A DNA stretch of 64,000 nucleotides from Chloroflexota bacterium (GTDB lineage Bacteria; Chloroflexota; Anaerolineae; Aggregatilineales; Phototrophicaceae), in the NCBI GenBank assembly GCA_011523545.1, contig WTGN01000013.1, forward strand, positions 80,877-144,876, in the 5' to 3' direction. Below, piece by piece: positions 39,235 to 48,676 of this stretch. The position numbers were made by a program, and so were the translations under genes. How positions within the stretch are numbered: position 1 is the first letter of the stretch; every line of letters starts with the position of its first letter. Below the pieces are notes generated by a model. It was not told the DNA's origin, searched no databases, and was given only the letters and a program-made list of their open reading frames with translations.

Positions 39235-40898
39235 TCGCGGACGTACACCGGCGTTCCGATTGAGCCGAAATCATAAAACCATTTGGCGTCGGCATTGGTC
39301 ATATTCACGCAGCCGCGGCTCATGGGCCTGCCGAAGTTGTTGTGCCACCAGGTGCCGTGGAAGGCGTAGCCGGCGTAGAAATACATGACCCATTCCACGT
39401 TGTCCAGGTCGTAATCCTCGCCGGTCATGCGCTGTGAGCGCACTTTGCGGCGGATCCTGAAGTCGCCTTTGACCGTCGGCGTATCGGGCAAACCCGACGA
39501 GATCCGCGCGCTGTGTTTCAGGACGCCGTCTTCATAGGCGTAGGCCATCTGTGTGCCGAGCACAACGACGAATTCCCGGCCGACGCCGACGCGCGCGCCG
39601 GGGTCGCTGTAGGTAGGCAGGACGGGCCCGTATTTGGCCGCTTCCTCGGCTGTCGGAACTAAGAGGACCGTCCCCACTTTCAGGGCGTCGGGATTGCTCA
39701 GGCGGTTGACTTCGGCGATGGCCAGCCAGCTCATGCCGAGCTTGGCGCCGATCTGTGACAGGAAGTCGCCCGGCCGCACCACATACTTTTGGCGTCCGCC
39801 AGCGGCCGGTGGCGCGGGCGCTTGCGCCGGGCTGCTCGCCACGGTCGTCGTGCTCGTTGCGGTCGGCGGCGGCAGGAAGTTGTCAAGGTCGCGCACGCGC
39901 AATACAAGGCCGGCATGAATCTTCGTCGCGTCGGCGATGCCATTGGCGCGGATCAGGGCATCCAGATCGACGCCGTAAAGCTTGGCGATTCTAAACAGGG
40001 TCTCGCCGCGCTGCACCGTATGGGTATCGGGCGTTTGCGCTGACCCGGGATCTTGTGCGGGCGTTGATGGCTCGGTCGATTCCGGCGCCGAAGACTCCGG
40101 CTCGGGCGGAGCCTCCGGGGCCTTGCCGCCGGCCGGGATATCCAGCTCTTGCCCGACATAGATAAGCCAGGACCAGATATTGTTGAGCGCCTGCAAGTCT
40201 TCCAGCGTCACGCCGTAGGCCTCGGCGATCTTGCCCAAGGTTTCGCCAAATTGGACTTTGTGGCTGATGCCGCTGGATTCGATGGCCGGCTGCTCGTCTT
40301 GCGGCGCTGGGGCATCGACCGATGTCGGCCCGTCCGCCGGTGTTTCCGGCTTCGTGACTGGAATGCCATCGCCCGGTATCGCCAACTCTTGCCCGGCATA
40401 AATGAACCAGGTCCAAATATTGTTGGCCGCTTGCAGCTCGTACAGGGTCAGCCCGTAGGCTTCGGCGATGCTGCCCAGGGTTTCGCCGCGGCGCACGATG
40501 TGAGTCCCGCGGATAGTCGCTTCCGTCGAACGGGCATTGCCATCGACGGGAATGATCAGCTCTTGCCAGGCGCCGATGCGGTGAGCGTTGCTGATCCCGT
40601 TTGCCGACGCCAGCGTCGGGATATCCAGCCCGTACAGTCGCGCGATCAGGCCGAGCGTCTCGCCAGGTCGCACAAGATGCGTTTCGGCCGCCCCGCGCTG
40701 CGCCTGGGCCGAGATTGTCAGCAGCAGTATCATGGCCGTGGCCAGCAGCCGAAGAGCCAGCCATCGGCCAGAGCCGCCCGAATGCGCCATTTCTGCCGGT
40801 TGCGCCTGTTTCCGCCCGCGATATCGCGAGGGAAGCGGGCTATTGCCTAATGAAGCGGGTGGCTTTACATCGGGATATGCTAAACTTGTATGTGACAT
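39231..40898 (-). CDS. secreted 5 x LysM peptidoglycan-binding protein with C-terminal YkuD L,D-transpeptidase domain
   Basis: Five LysM repeats (H.V..GETL..IA..YG...) and a C-terminal HGT...SRGCVNM catalytic motif. The ATG at 40898 follows GGAGAG. Confidence 0.85.
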   Translation of the reverse strand: MSHTSLAYPDVKPPASLGNSPLPSRYRGRKQAQPAEMAHSGGSGRWLALRLLATAMILLLTISAQAQRGAAETHLVRPGETLGLIARLYGLDIPTLASANGISNAHRIGAWQELIIPVDGNARSTEATIRGTHIVRRGETLGSIAEAYGLTLYELQAANNIWTWFIYAGQELAIPGDGIPVTKPETPADGPTSVDAPAPQDEQPAIESSGISHKVQFGETLGKIAEAYGVTLEDLQALNNIWSWLIYVGQELDIPAGGKAPEAPPEPESSAPESTEPSTPAQDPGSAQTPDTHTVQRGETLFRIAKLYGVDLDALIRANGIADATKIHAGLVLRVRDLDNFLPPPTATSTTTVASSPAQAPAPPAAGGRQKYVVRPGDFLSQIGAKLGMSWLAIAEVNRLSNPDALKVGTVLLVPTAEEAAKYGPVLPTYSDPGARVGVGREFVVVLGTQMAYAYEDGVLKHSARISSGLPDTPTVKGDFRIRRKVRSQRMTGEDYDLDNVEWVMYFYAGYAFHGTWWHNNFGRPMSRGCVNMTNADAKWFYDFGSIGTPVYVRD

Positions 40899-41085
40899 GA
40901 CACTCTCCATTGGCTGCCTGAGACGGGCTCATTGCCTATAGTCAAACCAATGGGCCGCGAGAAGGCAACAGCATTGAAGAAGCCGCTGGGTTGGCGAAGG
41001 GTGTTAGTCTGGCAAGCGTATAAGGAATCCGTTAAACTTCGCTTCACAGCGTCATTTCGCGCCAAGTGTATGGGGGACCGGCGGC

Positions 41086-43224
41086 ATGTCCAAATCTGAG
41101 TTTACTGGGCTGAAACGGTTAGGAACGCCCTTCATTCTAGTGATCGCGATCCTGGTTTTGGCCCTAGCCCCGGCCCAGGCGCAAGACGCGAACAGCTTGT
41201 TGGCGTCGGGCTCGACGATTACCGGCGTGCTTGGCCCGGCCAGCACTGCCACAACTTACGTGTTTGACGCGGGAGCGAATACGACCGCCAGCATCTCGCT
41301 TGACAATGTCACGGGCGGGTCGCTCGCTCTGCTGCTAAGCGACATCAACGGCAACACGATTGCGCAAGCGGCGGATACAACGGGCGCCGGTTCAGTCCTG
41401 CTCAGCGATGTATCCTTGAGCAATGGCGGCCGTTACAGCGTTTTTGTGTATTTCGCGCCGGGAAGTGAAGCGCCGGACAGCACCTTCGATCTGACCTTCA
41501 GCCTGGGCGCGGGCGATGCGGGCGATGCCGCCGGGCAAGACGCGGCTCAAGCGGCGGCGCCGGAGTTGATCCTGCTGGGCGCGGGCATCGAAGTGCGGCT
41601 GGCTTGGAGCGGCGCGGCTGATTTGAACCTGGAAGTGCGGGACCCGACCGGGCAGGCTTTGCACTGGAACTCGCGGGCGACGGATAATGGCGGCGTCTTT
41701 GGCTTCGACGCCAACGGGCTTTGCCAGGTGCTCAGCGGCGCGCCCGAAGAAAGCGCCATCTGGCAGCCCGGCTTCCTCTCGACCGGCAGTTATGAAGTTA
41801 TCGTCTATTACGAGCAGGCCTGCGATGCATTGACCGGGACCGTGCCCTTCCAGCTTGAAGCGACCGTCGATGGCAACTCGGCCGGGCGCCTGGACGCCTT
41901 GCTGTCGCCGAGCGCCGCCGGGCAGACGAGCGTCTATGTGACGCGCTTTGAGATAGGAGCGGATGGCAGCGCGGCGCTCAGCCAGGGTGGCGCGTATCCC
42001 GCTTCAAGCTTGACGCTGCTGCCGGACGGCTTTGATCTGGCGGCGGCCTCGCCATCGGCGATCGTGCGCGATGTCCCGGTCCTGGGTGAAATCAGCAATG
42101 AGCAGCCCTACCTGACCTACACTTTCATCGGCGCGGCTGATGAGTTGGTGTCAGTGGATATGCAGGCGATCGGGCCCAACCTGGACAGCATGCTGCAAAT
42201 ACTCGATCCTTCCGGCCAGGTGGTGAATGTCAACGATGATGCCTTCGCCGGCACGACCAATTCGCAGATCAACAATGCGCGCCTGCTGAGCAGCGGCCGC
42301 TATACGATCATCGCGACGCGCTATGCCAAAGAGTTCGGCGGCACCGAAGGCCAGTTCCAAATCACGCTGTCGGGCCCCAGCAATGATGTCGCGGCGCAAT
42401 TGACGGATTTGGATTTGCCGCCGGGCGATATTGAAGTCAGCCTCTATTGGAGCACGAGCGCGGATTTGCAGCTGCTGGTTCGCGACCCGGCCGGCCAATC
42501 GGTGTTCGATGATGTGCCGCAGGTGGCGAGCGGCGGCATCCTCCAGGAAGCGGGCAATGTCAATTGCATTCCGGCGGCGACGGGTTCGCCGGTGTCTTAT
42601 ATCTATTGGCCGGCGGGCACGATGCGCCCCGGCACTTATGAAGTTGAGGTCTGGTATCAGAATACTTGCAGCGAGTTGCCGCCGGCGGTCGATTTCACGC
42701 TGCTGATCGCCGTCAACGGTCAGGTGGTCGCCGATGCGCGCCAATTTCCACTGCTCGGGCAGCGCTATGTGACCAATTTCACCGTACAGCCCTCGGGCGA
42801 GGCGAGCGCGGGCGAGGCTGGCTTCATCGACGGCGGCAGCAGCACGCTGGCTTATCAAGCCGAGGCCTTCAACGCGCCGATGATTGAAAGCGGCGCGACG
42901 GTCACCGGCATCATCAGCGCGGAGAACGATTTTGACGTCTATCGCTTTAATGGCGTTGCCGGGGAGACGGTCACGATCAGCATGGCAGCCGCGACGCAAA
43001 TGCTGGATACGAACCTGTATTTGATTAGCCCGGGCGATCGGCAGATTGCGGCGAACGATGACGCCGCCCCGGGTACGCTGGGCGCGGCCGGGCGCACAAC
43101 GGATTCGCTGATCAGCGATTTCACCTTGACGGAAAACGGACCCTATACAATCATCGCAACGCGATACGCCAATCAGTATGGCGGCACTATCGGCGTCTAT
43201 TCCCTGACGCTGAACAAGAATTGA
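41086..43224 (+). CDS. secreted repeat protein: three PPC-like beta-sandwich domains alternating with two DUF2135-like domains; no catalytic domain seen
   Basis: Signal peptide ending in AQAQ. Repeated module endings are RYSVFVYF..., RYTIIATRYAKEFGGTEGQFQITL and YTIIATRYANQYGGTIGVYSLTL. Two intervening modules carry (L/S)xW(S)xxADL(N/Q)L(E/L)VRDP(T/A)GQ. Confidence 0.7.
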   Translation: MSKSEFTGLKRLGTPFILVIAILVLALAPAQAQDANSLLASGSTITGVLGPASTATTYVFDAGANTTASISLDNVTGGSLALLLSDINGNTIAQAADTTGAGSVLLSDVSLSNGGRYSVFVYFAPGSEAPDSTFDLTFSLGAGDAGDAAGQDAAQAAAPELILLGAGIEVRLAWSGAADLNLEVRDPTGQALHWNSRATDNGGVFGFDANGLCQVLSGAPEESAIWQPGFLSTGSYEVIVYYEQACDALTGTVPFQLEATVDGNSAGRLDALLSPSAAGQTSVYVTRFEIGADGSAALSQGGAYPASSLTLLPDGFDLAAASPSAIVRDVPVLGEISNEQPYLTYTFIGAADELVSVDMQAIGPNLDSMLQILDPSGQVVNVNDDAFAGTTNSQINNARLLSSGRYTIIATRYAKEFGGTEGQFQITLSGPSNDVAAQLTDLDLPPGDIEVSLYWSTSADLQLLVRDPAGQSVFDDVPQVASGGILQEAGNVNCIPAATGSPVSYIYWPAGTMRPGTYEVEVWYQNTCSELPPAVDFTLLIAVNGQVVADARQFPLLGQRYVTNFTVQPSGEASAGEAGFIDGGSSTLAYQAEAFNAPMIESGATVTGIISAENDFDVYRFNGVAGETVTISMAAATQMLDTNLYLISPGDRQIAANDDAAPGTLGAAGRTTDSLISDFTLTENGPYTIIATRYANQYGGTIGVYSLTLNKN

Positions 43225-43323
43225 GCGAATGCATGACGCTCGTCAACAGTACTGTACAAAGCCGGCCGCCTCTGATATGATGCGCCACGAATACCGCCCT
43301 GGTCTTTGCGAAAGAGAAAGCGA

Positions 43324-44016
43324 ATGAGACGCAGCCTGCCAATTGCGCTAATTCTGTTTGCAGTCTTGGCGCTCGCCGCTTGCGCCCAGAACATCAATTT
43401 GCTTGACGAAACCAAGCTTCAGGATACCAGCCTGCTGACCGGCGAACCTTGCGAGGCGCCCTGCTGGAATGGCATCACGCCGGGGGAAACCAGCTACCGC
43501 GATGCCAAGCTGATACTTGAGAGCGATGGACGTTTCAAGATAACCGAAGAGTCAGAGGCCGAGGGCGATGTGCCGGGACGCGCATTTTCCTTCGCCGAGG
43601 GCGAGAACAATCCATGTTGTCAGGTGATAAGCAGCGATGGTGAAACAGTCGGGTCATTCATGCTGCAGCTGGCGCCGTCAATGACTTTTGGTCCGCTGTT
43701 TGACAAATATGGCGAGCCGGATTATGTCACCGGGCAGATGGTCAGCGAAGAGCAGAGTTATGTCGTCCTTGTCTACACCGATGTGCCGCTGGTCCTTTAT
43801 TCTTACGTCGAAGGCGGCGGTCAGGGAGAGGTGTCGGTTAGCAACAAGATTATCGGCGCGCTCTATCTGTCTGAGAGCGCCGTCGAGCAGGCGCTGACCT
43901 GCACGCAGATGAATACCTGGAAGGGCTTCCAATCGATCTCGACCTATACGGATACGGAAGAATTCGATTTTGTCGGCAGCGGCGTTGGCGATGAGACAAT
44001 CTGTCCGACGAATTAG
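43324..44016 (+). CDS. hypothetical lipoprotein
   Basis: MRRSLPIALILFAVLALAAC lipobox (LAAC). No recognisable family. Confidence 0.6.
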   Translation: MRRSLPIALILFAVLALAACAQNINLLDETKLQDTSLLTGEPCEAPCWNGITPGETSYRDAKLILESDGRFKITEESEAEGDVPGRAFSFAEGENNPCCQVISSDGETVGSFMLQLAPSMTFGPLFDKYGEPDYVTGQMVSEEQSYVVLVYTDVPLVLYSYVEGGGQGEVSVSNKIIGALYLSESAVEQALTCTQMNTWKGFQSISTYTDTEEFDFVGSGVGDETICPTN

Positions 44017-44065
44017 GCGGAGCGCGGCAGCAGCGCGTTTTCATTTTTGAAGGAGCAGGGGCAAG

Positions 44066-44752
44066 ATGGCAGTAGAAGCACAGGCGCTCACAGTAGGGGC
44101 GGAAGTTAAAGGTACGGTTAGGCACATCGGCATTTATGGCGCCTTGGTTGATATCGGCACCGGGCAGGACGCCCTGCTGCATATATCCCAGCTTGCCCAA
44201 AAGGAAACCGGCCCTTCGGAAGAAGCCGCGCAGCCGGGGGGCGAGATCGTCGCCTACGTGTACAAGACGCGTCCGGATGGTTATGTCGCCCTGTCCTTGG
44301 AGCGGCCGCCGCAGGTTCCCTGGGGCACGATTCGGCAAGGCAAGGTGTATTCCGGCCAAGTCATCCGGGTGGAAGACTTCGGCGTATTCGTGGATTTCGG
44401 CGCCGAGCGACCCGGCATGGTGCATGTCTCCGAGATGTCTGACAACTACGTGCGCACGCCAAGCGATGTCGCGGAAGTCGGCCAGCAGGTGGAAGTCCGC
44501 GTCATCAAGAAGAACGGCCGCTCGCGTCAGATTGACCTCACGATGAAATCGGCGCCGGAAGAGCACATGGTCAGCGACGAGGAAGAAGACGAGGAGGCCA
44601 TGCCCACGTCGATGGCGCAGGCTTTCCGCCGGGCGATGCAGGGCGCCGCCATTGAAGATGCCGCAAGCGCGCCGCAAGAAGCCGCGCCAGCGAATCACCG
44701 GCAGAAGCAGGAAGAAATCCTCGCGCGGACGCTGCGCAACGCCGGGGCTTGA
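44066..44752 (+). CDS. S1 RNA-binding domain protein (two S1 domains, acidic linker tail)
   Basis: Motifs GTVRHIGIYGALVDIG and GQVIRVEDFGVFVDFG. RBS GAAGGAG. Confidence 0.8.
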   Translation: MAVEAQALTVGAEVKGTVRHIGIYGALVDIGTGQDALLHISQLAQKETGPSEEAAQPGGEIVAYVYKTRPDGYVALSLERPPQVPWGTIRQGKVYSGQVIRVEDFGVFVDFGAERPGMVHVSEMSDNYVRTPSDVAEVGQQVEVRVIKKNGRSRQIDLTMKSAPEEHMVSDEEEDEEAMPTSMAQAFRRAMQGAAIEDAASAPQEAAPANHRQKQEEILARTLRNAGA

Positions 44753-44906
44753 AGCGCTCATAAAAACCCTCTGTCAGTAGCAATTGGCCGTACGCGCTTT
44801 TTCCGTTTCATAAACTGTATGGACAGACAAACTCAGGCGGCCTGACAGTTTTGCTGTACGCGCCGACAATTGTGGCGCGTGGCTTCGACAAGGAAAGCGC
44901 TTAATC

Positions 44907-45095
44907 ATGGCAGATTCGACATTCGACCGCCACGCGACGAATATGGAAACGCGCTCAGAGGAATTCGTCAAGAAAAGCGATATATCAGCGACCTTGTCTC
45001 GGATTGAGACGGTGCTTGATTACCATAAGTGGATTCTGGGACTGCTTGTACTAGGTCAGATATTCACGCTGGGGCGACTGTTTGAGATTTTCTAA
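44907..45095 (+). CDS. candidate 62-aa tail-anchored membrane protein
   Basis: The ATG lies 10 nt after AAGGAAAG. It has a polar N-terminus and a single C-terminal TM (WILGLLVLGQIFTLGRLF). No homology evidence. Confidence 0.25.
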   Translation: MADSTFDRHATNMETRSEEFVKKSDISATLSRIETVLDYHKWILGLLVLGQIFTLGRLFEIF

Positions 45096-45129
45096 GGGTC
45101 TAGCGAAATCAGAGGCGAATTCTTGACCT

Positions 45130-45609
45130 TTATGACGCGGCGCTGAAGGTCTCGCGGTAGACGCGATAGCAGATTAGAGCGAAAAGAATCGTGAAGTTGG
45201 TCTCGTGCGTCAGGCACCAGGGGCAGAGCGCTTCCAACAGCGCCACTTGCACGTAAACCAGCCACATGGAAAACAGCCAGGCGAACAAGCCGATGCCGAA
45301 TACGATCAAGCGGCCGTATTGCTGCATGAAGGCGTTGCGGGTCTCCATCCATAGCGCCAAACCGATGAAAACGTAGGCGGCGAAGCCGAGCCAGGCGATT
45401 GGCAGGCCGGCCAACTCCGAATATTGGCTGTTGAGCACGACATTGCAATTGAAAGGCCCGGATTCGACGCACACGGCGGGCGCATCGGCGATTTTGAGAT
45501 AGCTCAGGTAACCGGCGACTATCAGCCCGACGAGGACGAACAGCATTTGGGCGCGGCGTACCAGCGTCTCGCGCCTGTCTTGCGGCCTGGATTCTCCTTC
45601 AAAATTCAA
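45130..45609 (-). CDS. vitamin K epoxide reductase (VKOR) family membrane protein
   Basis: Loop Cys pair (VCVESGPFNC) and a CPWC redox motif in the last TM. The TTG at 45609 or ATG at 45546 is preferred; the 45837 start would overlap moeA. Confidence 0.75.
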   Translation of the reverse strand: MNFEGESRPQDRRETLVRRAQMLFVLVGLIVAGYLSYLKIADAPAVCVESGPFNCNVVLNSQYSELAGLPIAWLGFAAYVFIGLALWMETRNAFMQQYGRLIVFGIGLFAWLFSMWLVYVQVALLEALCPWCLTHETNFTILFALICYRVYRETFSAAS

Positions 45610-45667
45610 TTTCCTTGACCCTCTCTCTGCGCTCCGCCTTCTCTGTAGCGAGTTTTGTTGCCCGACT

Positions 45668-46927
45668 TCAATGCGGATTTTGGCTGAACCGACGCAGCGG
45701 GATGACTTCCAGCTCCGCCCCGGCTGGCACAAATGTCCTGTCCTCCGGCACAACAGCCAAGCCATCCGCCAGCACCATCGACATGAGGGCGCCCGAGCTT
45801 TGGATGCCGGTGGAGCGGGCGATGACGCGCTCGCCATCGCGTTTCAGCGTCACGCGGGCGTAGGTGCGGCGGCCGTCCGAGCGCATGTCATCGCCAAGGG
45901 TCGCCACGATGCGCCGGCGCTGGAATGCGCGGCCCGCGACCTTGGCTAGGGCGGGGCGGACGAGCACTTCAAATGTAACCATGGTCGAGACCGGGTTGCC
46001 GGGCAAACCAAAAAACGGCAGGCCCTGAATCGTGCCATAAGCGAGCGGCTTGCCGGGCCGCATGTTGATGCGCCAGAAGTCGATCTCGCCGAGTTCCTCC
46101 ATTACGACTCTCACCAGGTCGGCGGCGCCAACAGAAACGCCGGCGGTGCTGATAAGCATATCGGGGTTGATCTCGAGCGCGCGGCGATAAAGGGCGCGGA
46201 TGGACTCCAGCCTGTCTTTCGCGATGGGCAGGCGAATGGGCACGCCGCCCGCTCCGCGGATGAGCCCGGCCAGGGTATAGCCGTTGCTGTCGCGGATCTT
46301 GCCCGGCGTCAACTCGTCGTAGACGTCAACCAATTCGTCGCCGCTGCTGAGGATGGCGACTTTGGGCTGGCGAATGACCTCGACGCGTGGCAGGCCGATG
46401 CCCGCGATCATGCCGATTTCGGCCGGCCCGATGACTGCGCCCGCCTTCATGATCGTTTCGCCTGCCTTGATGTTCTCGCCCGCGAGGCGGATGTTCTCGC
46501 CGCATTCCAGACTGCGAAACAGGCTCACCTCGCCTGGCGGGGGACTATCTTCGCCTTTACTCCAGTCATCGTCAGTGTCCTCGACCGGGATGACGGCGGT
46601 CGCGCCTTGGGGAATGGGCGCGCCAGTCATGATGCGAGCGGCGCTGCCGTCTTCGAGCGCTCTGTCTGGCGCGCTGCCGGCCATGATGTCCATCGCAACC
46701 GAGAGTGAAATCGGGTGGGATGGGCTGGCGCCGGCGCCGTCTTCATGGCGGATAGCGTAACCGTCCATGGCCGAGTTGTCGAACGGCGGCAGGTCAATCG
46801 GCGATACGATATCTTGGGCGAGAACGCGATTGTAGGATTCGGGCAGGGAGACAGTCTCGCCTTCCAGCGGTTTCATGTCGGCGAGGATCTTGTCGAGGGC
46901 TTCGTCGACGTTTAGCAGCGGGTTCAC
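45668..46927 (-). CDS. moeA: molybdopterin molybdenumtransferase
   Basis: Motifs PPFDNSAMDGYA, the GDELV segment and GLPGNPVS. GTG start after AAGGAG. Confidence 0.92.
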   Translation of the reverse strand: MNPLLNVDEALDKILADMKPLEGETVSLPESYNRVLAQDIVSPIDLPPFDNSAMDGYAIRHEDGAGASPSHPISLSVAMDIMAGSAPDRALEDGSAARIMTGAPIPQGATAVIPVEDTDDDWSKGEDSPPPGEVSLFRSLECGENIRLAGENIKAGETIMKAGAVIGPAEIGMIAGIGLPRVEVIRQPKVAILSSGDELVDVYDELTPGKIRDSNGYTLAGLIRGAGGVPIRLPIAKDRLESIRALYRRALEINPDMLISTAGVSVGAADLVRVVMEELGEIDFWRINMRPGKPLAYGTIQGLPFFGLPGNPVSTMVTFEVLVRPALAKVAGRAFQRRRIVATLGDDMRSDGRRTYARVTLKRDGERVIARSTGIQSSGALMSMVLADGLAVVPEDRTFVPAGAELEVIPLRRFSQNPH

Positions 46928-47008
46928 GGCGCTCCTTCATGGCATCTTGTCAGCCGCGCATTATAGCACAGGTGAATGAAAGCAAGGCGCCGCGAATCAG
47001 CCCGCTTT

Positions 47009-47037
47009 TTGACCAGCGCTATCGAGTGCGATACACT
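47009..47037 (+). promoter_or_regulatory. sigma70-type promoter candidate (TTGACC-17-TACACT) for the second sugar ABC locus
   Basis: Hexamers at 47009-47014 and 47032-47037. Confidence 0.4.
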
Positions 47038-47091
47038 CGCCGAGTGGCAGGCTTAAACTTTGCATTGTTCATTCTATAAGAGGAGGTAGCT

Positions 47092-48390
47092 ATGAAAAGG
47101 CTTCTATTAATCGTGGCGCTTTTATTGGCGGGCGCGCTGCTCCTGGCGGCGTTGCCGGCGGCGGCGCAAGACGCATCCGAAGTAACGCTGACAATGTGGA
47201 CGCACGACGGCTTGTACGTGCAATTCTTCAGCGCCCGCGCCGAAGAGTGGCAAGATCGCTACCCGGACATCGACTTCACATTCGAATTCGAGGTGGTGCC
47301 CAGCGTCTTCGACAAAGTGCTGGGCAATTTGGCGGCCGGCGAAGAGATTCCCGATCTGCTGGGCATCGAACAAGGTTCCTTCCCGCGCTTCATGCAGGGC
47401 GGCATCATCGAGAGTAAGTTCCTCGATTTGACCGATCTGCTGGCTGACGATTATGACTTGATCGTGGAAGGGCGGCACACGCCTTACAAGTATCAGGGCC
47501 GTGTCTATGGCGTGGACAGCTCGCTTTGCGCCGTTGTCTACTACTATCAGCCGTCAGTTTTCGAAGAGCGGGGACTGTCCGTGCCGACGACCTGGGATGA
47601 GTATCTGGAGACGGGCGCGGCGCTTGCCGAAGAAGGCATTGCCATGTCCTACATCACGGATCACGGCGGCATGTTCATGATGTATTTGCTGCAGCGCGGC
47701 GGCGCGATTTTCGACGAACACGGCGAATTTGTATTGCCGGAGGAGGAGAATCGGGCGATCGCGGTTGAGGTGCTGAACTTGCTGCGCGAGGGCCTGGACA
47801 GCGGCGCGATACGCTATGTTCCCAGCGCCGAAGTGTGGGGGCCAGCGATCATCAATGCCTATCGCGAAGGCAATTTGGTCGGCGCGATCATGCCCGATTG
47901 GTACTCCGACTTCATCCTGAAACCGCAAGCGGAAGATATGGCCGAGCAATTCCGTATTGGCCGCATGCCGACTTGGGATGACGGCGCTGGCCATAAGACC
48001 AGCGTCTGGGGCGGTACCGGTTTCGCTGTCGCCAAAGAAAGCGAGAACGCGCAATATGCCTGGGAGCTGCTGCAATACACCTATGTGACGCTGGAGAATC
48101 AGATCAAGCGTTACGAGGAGATCGCCTACTATCCGACGATGGCGGCCGCATTCCACGATGATCGAATCGTCGGCCTGTCCGATCCGTTTTACGCCGGTCA
48201 AAGAACGGGCGAGGTTTTCGCCGAGATCGTGGACGATGTGCCGATTTGGTATCAGAGCTTGTTCCGCGCGACCTTTGAGTCGCAAATGGCGGCTGAGCTT
48301 GCCGTTTTCTTTGACGGCTCGGTCACGGCTGATGAAGCGATAGACAACATCGTTCAGTACATGGAAGACGAAATCGCCTTCGCCGAGTAA
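47092..48390 (+). CDS. ABC transporter substrate-binding protein (family 1, carbohydrate type)
   Basis: RBS GAGGAGG and a signal peptide (MKRLLLIVALLLAGALLLAALPAAAQ). Confidence 0.85.
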   Translation: MKRLLLIVALLLAGALLLAALPAAAQDASEVTLTMWTHDGLYVQFFSARAEEWQDRYPDIDFTFEFEVVPSVFDKVLGNLAAGEEIPDLLGIEQGSFPRFMQGGIIESKFLDLTDLLADDYDLIVEGRHTPYKYQGRVYGVDSSLCAVVYYYQPSVFEERGLSVPTTWDEYLETGAALAEEGIAMSYITDHGGMFMMYLLQRGGAIFDEHGEFVLPEEENRAIAVEVLNLLREGLDSGAIRYVPSAEVWGPAIINAYREGNLVGAIMPDWYSDFILKPQAEDMAEQFRIGRMPTWDDGAGHKTSVWGGTGFAVAKESENAQYAWELLQYTYVTLENQIKRYEEIAYYPTMAAAFHDDRIVGLSDPFYAGQRTGEVFAEIVDDVPIWYQSLFRATFESQMAAELAVFFDGSVTADEAIDNIVQYMEDEIAFAE

Positions 48391-48402
48391 ATTTACATGT
48401 TT

Positions 48403-48640
48403 TGTAGGGGCGAGCCGCCGGCTCGCCCGTACGCACTCGTAATCGCGTTATAGGGGCGAGATTTGTCTCGCCAGTACGCACTTTTAGTCGCGTTGTAGGG
48501 GCGAGATTTGTCTCGCCAGTACGCACTTTTAATCGCGTTGTAGGGGCGAGGCGGTGACTCGCCCACATGAGCAACTCGGACGCCTGCTACGAGGGCGTCT
48601 AAGCGGGTCGCGTAGACACTGACCGTCAGACGCCCCTACA
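48403..48640. repeat. 4 x ~45-bp tandem REP-like array (family B) followed by an inverted composite B/core element
   Basis: Hairpins start at 48403, 48449, 48494 and 48539, each followed by (A)GTACGCACT(T/C)(T/G)T(A)A(T/G)(T)CGCGT. The inverted composite lies at 48593-48640, with the core at 48606-48624. Confidence 0.9.
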
Positions 48641-48676
48641 GGCGGCGTCATTATGGCGAATAAACAAGGGTAACGC

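Noticed and set aside
45610-45837. An N-terminal 76-97 aa extension of the VKOR ORF overlapping the moeA 3' end.
   Set aside because: The extension is Arg/Ser/Cys-rich with no TM or signal features and overlaps moeA coding sequence. Internal TTG 45609 (with an RBS-like AAGGAA) or ATG 45546 gives a normal VKOR N-terminus.
46928-47091. Possible Moco riboswitch upstream of moeA.
   Set aside because: An extended -10 (TGCTATAAT on the minus strand, 46960-46968) leaves only about a 30-nt leader, too short for a Moco RNA motif. No matching conserved structure was seen.
48403-48564. A regularly spaced 45-bp repeat array that could be mistaken for a CRISPR array. The same applies to the 43-bp array at 13652-13763.
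   Set aside because: The variable part is only a 4-8 nt hairpin loop plus complementary arm bases. There are no 30-40 nt unique spacers, two units are identical, no cas genes or leader are present, and the same hairpin occurs singly elsewhere.
48323-48574. ORF with the repetitive peptide APTTRLKVRTGETNL x3, and ORF 56805-57167 containing DLRDLRDLRDLRD.
   Set aside because: Both are translations of the tandem DNA repeats. They have no RBS or start context and lie in clearly intergenic repeat arrays.
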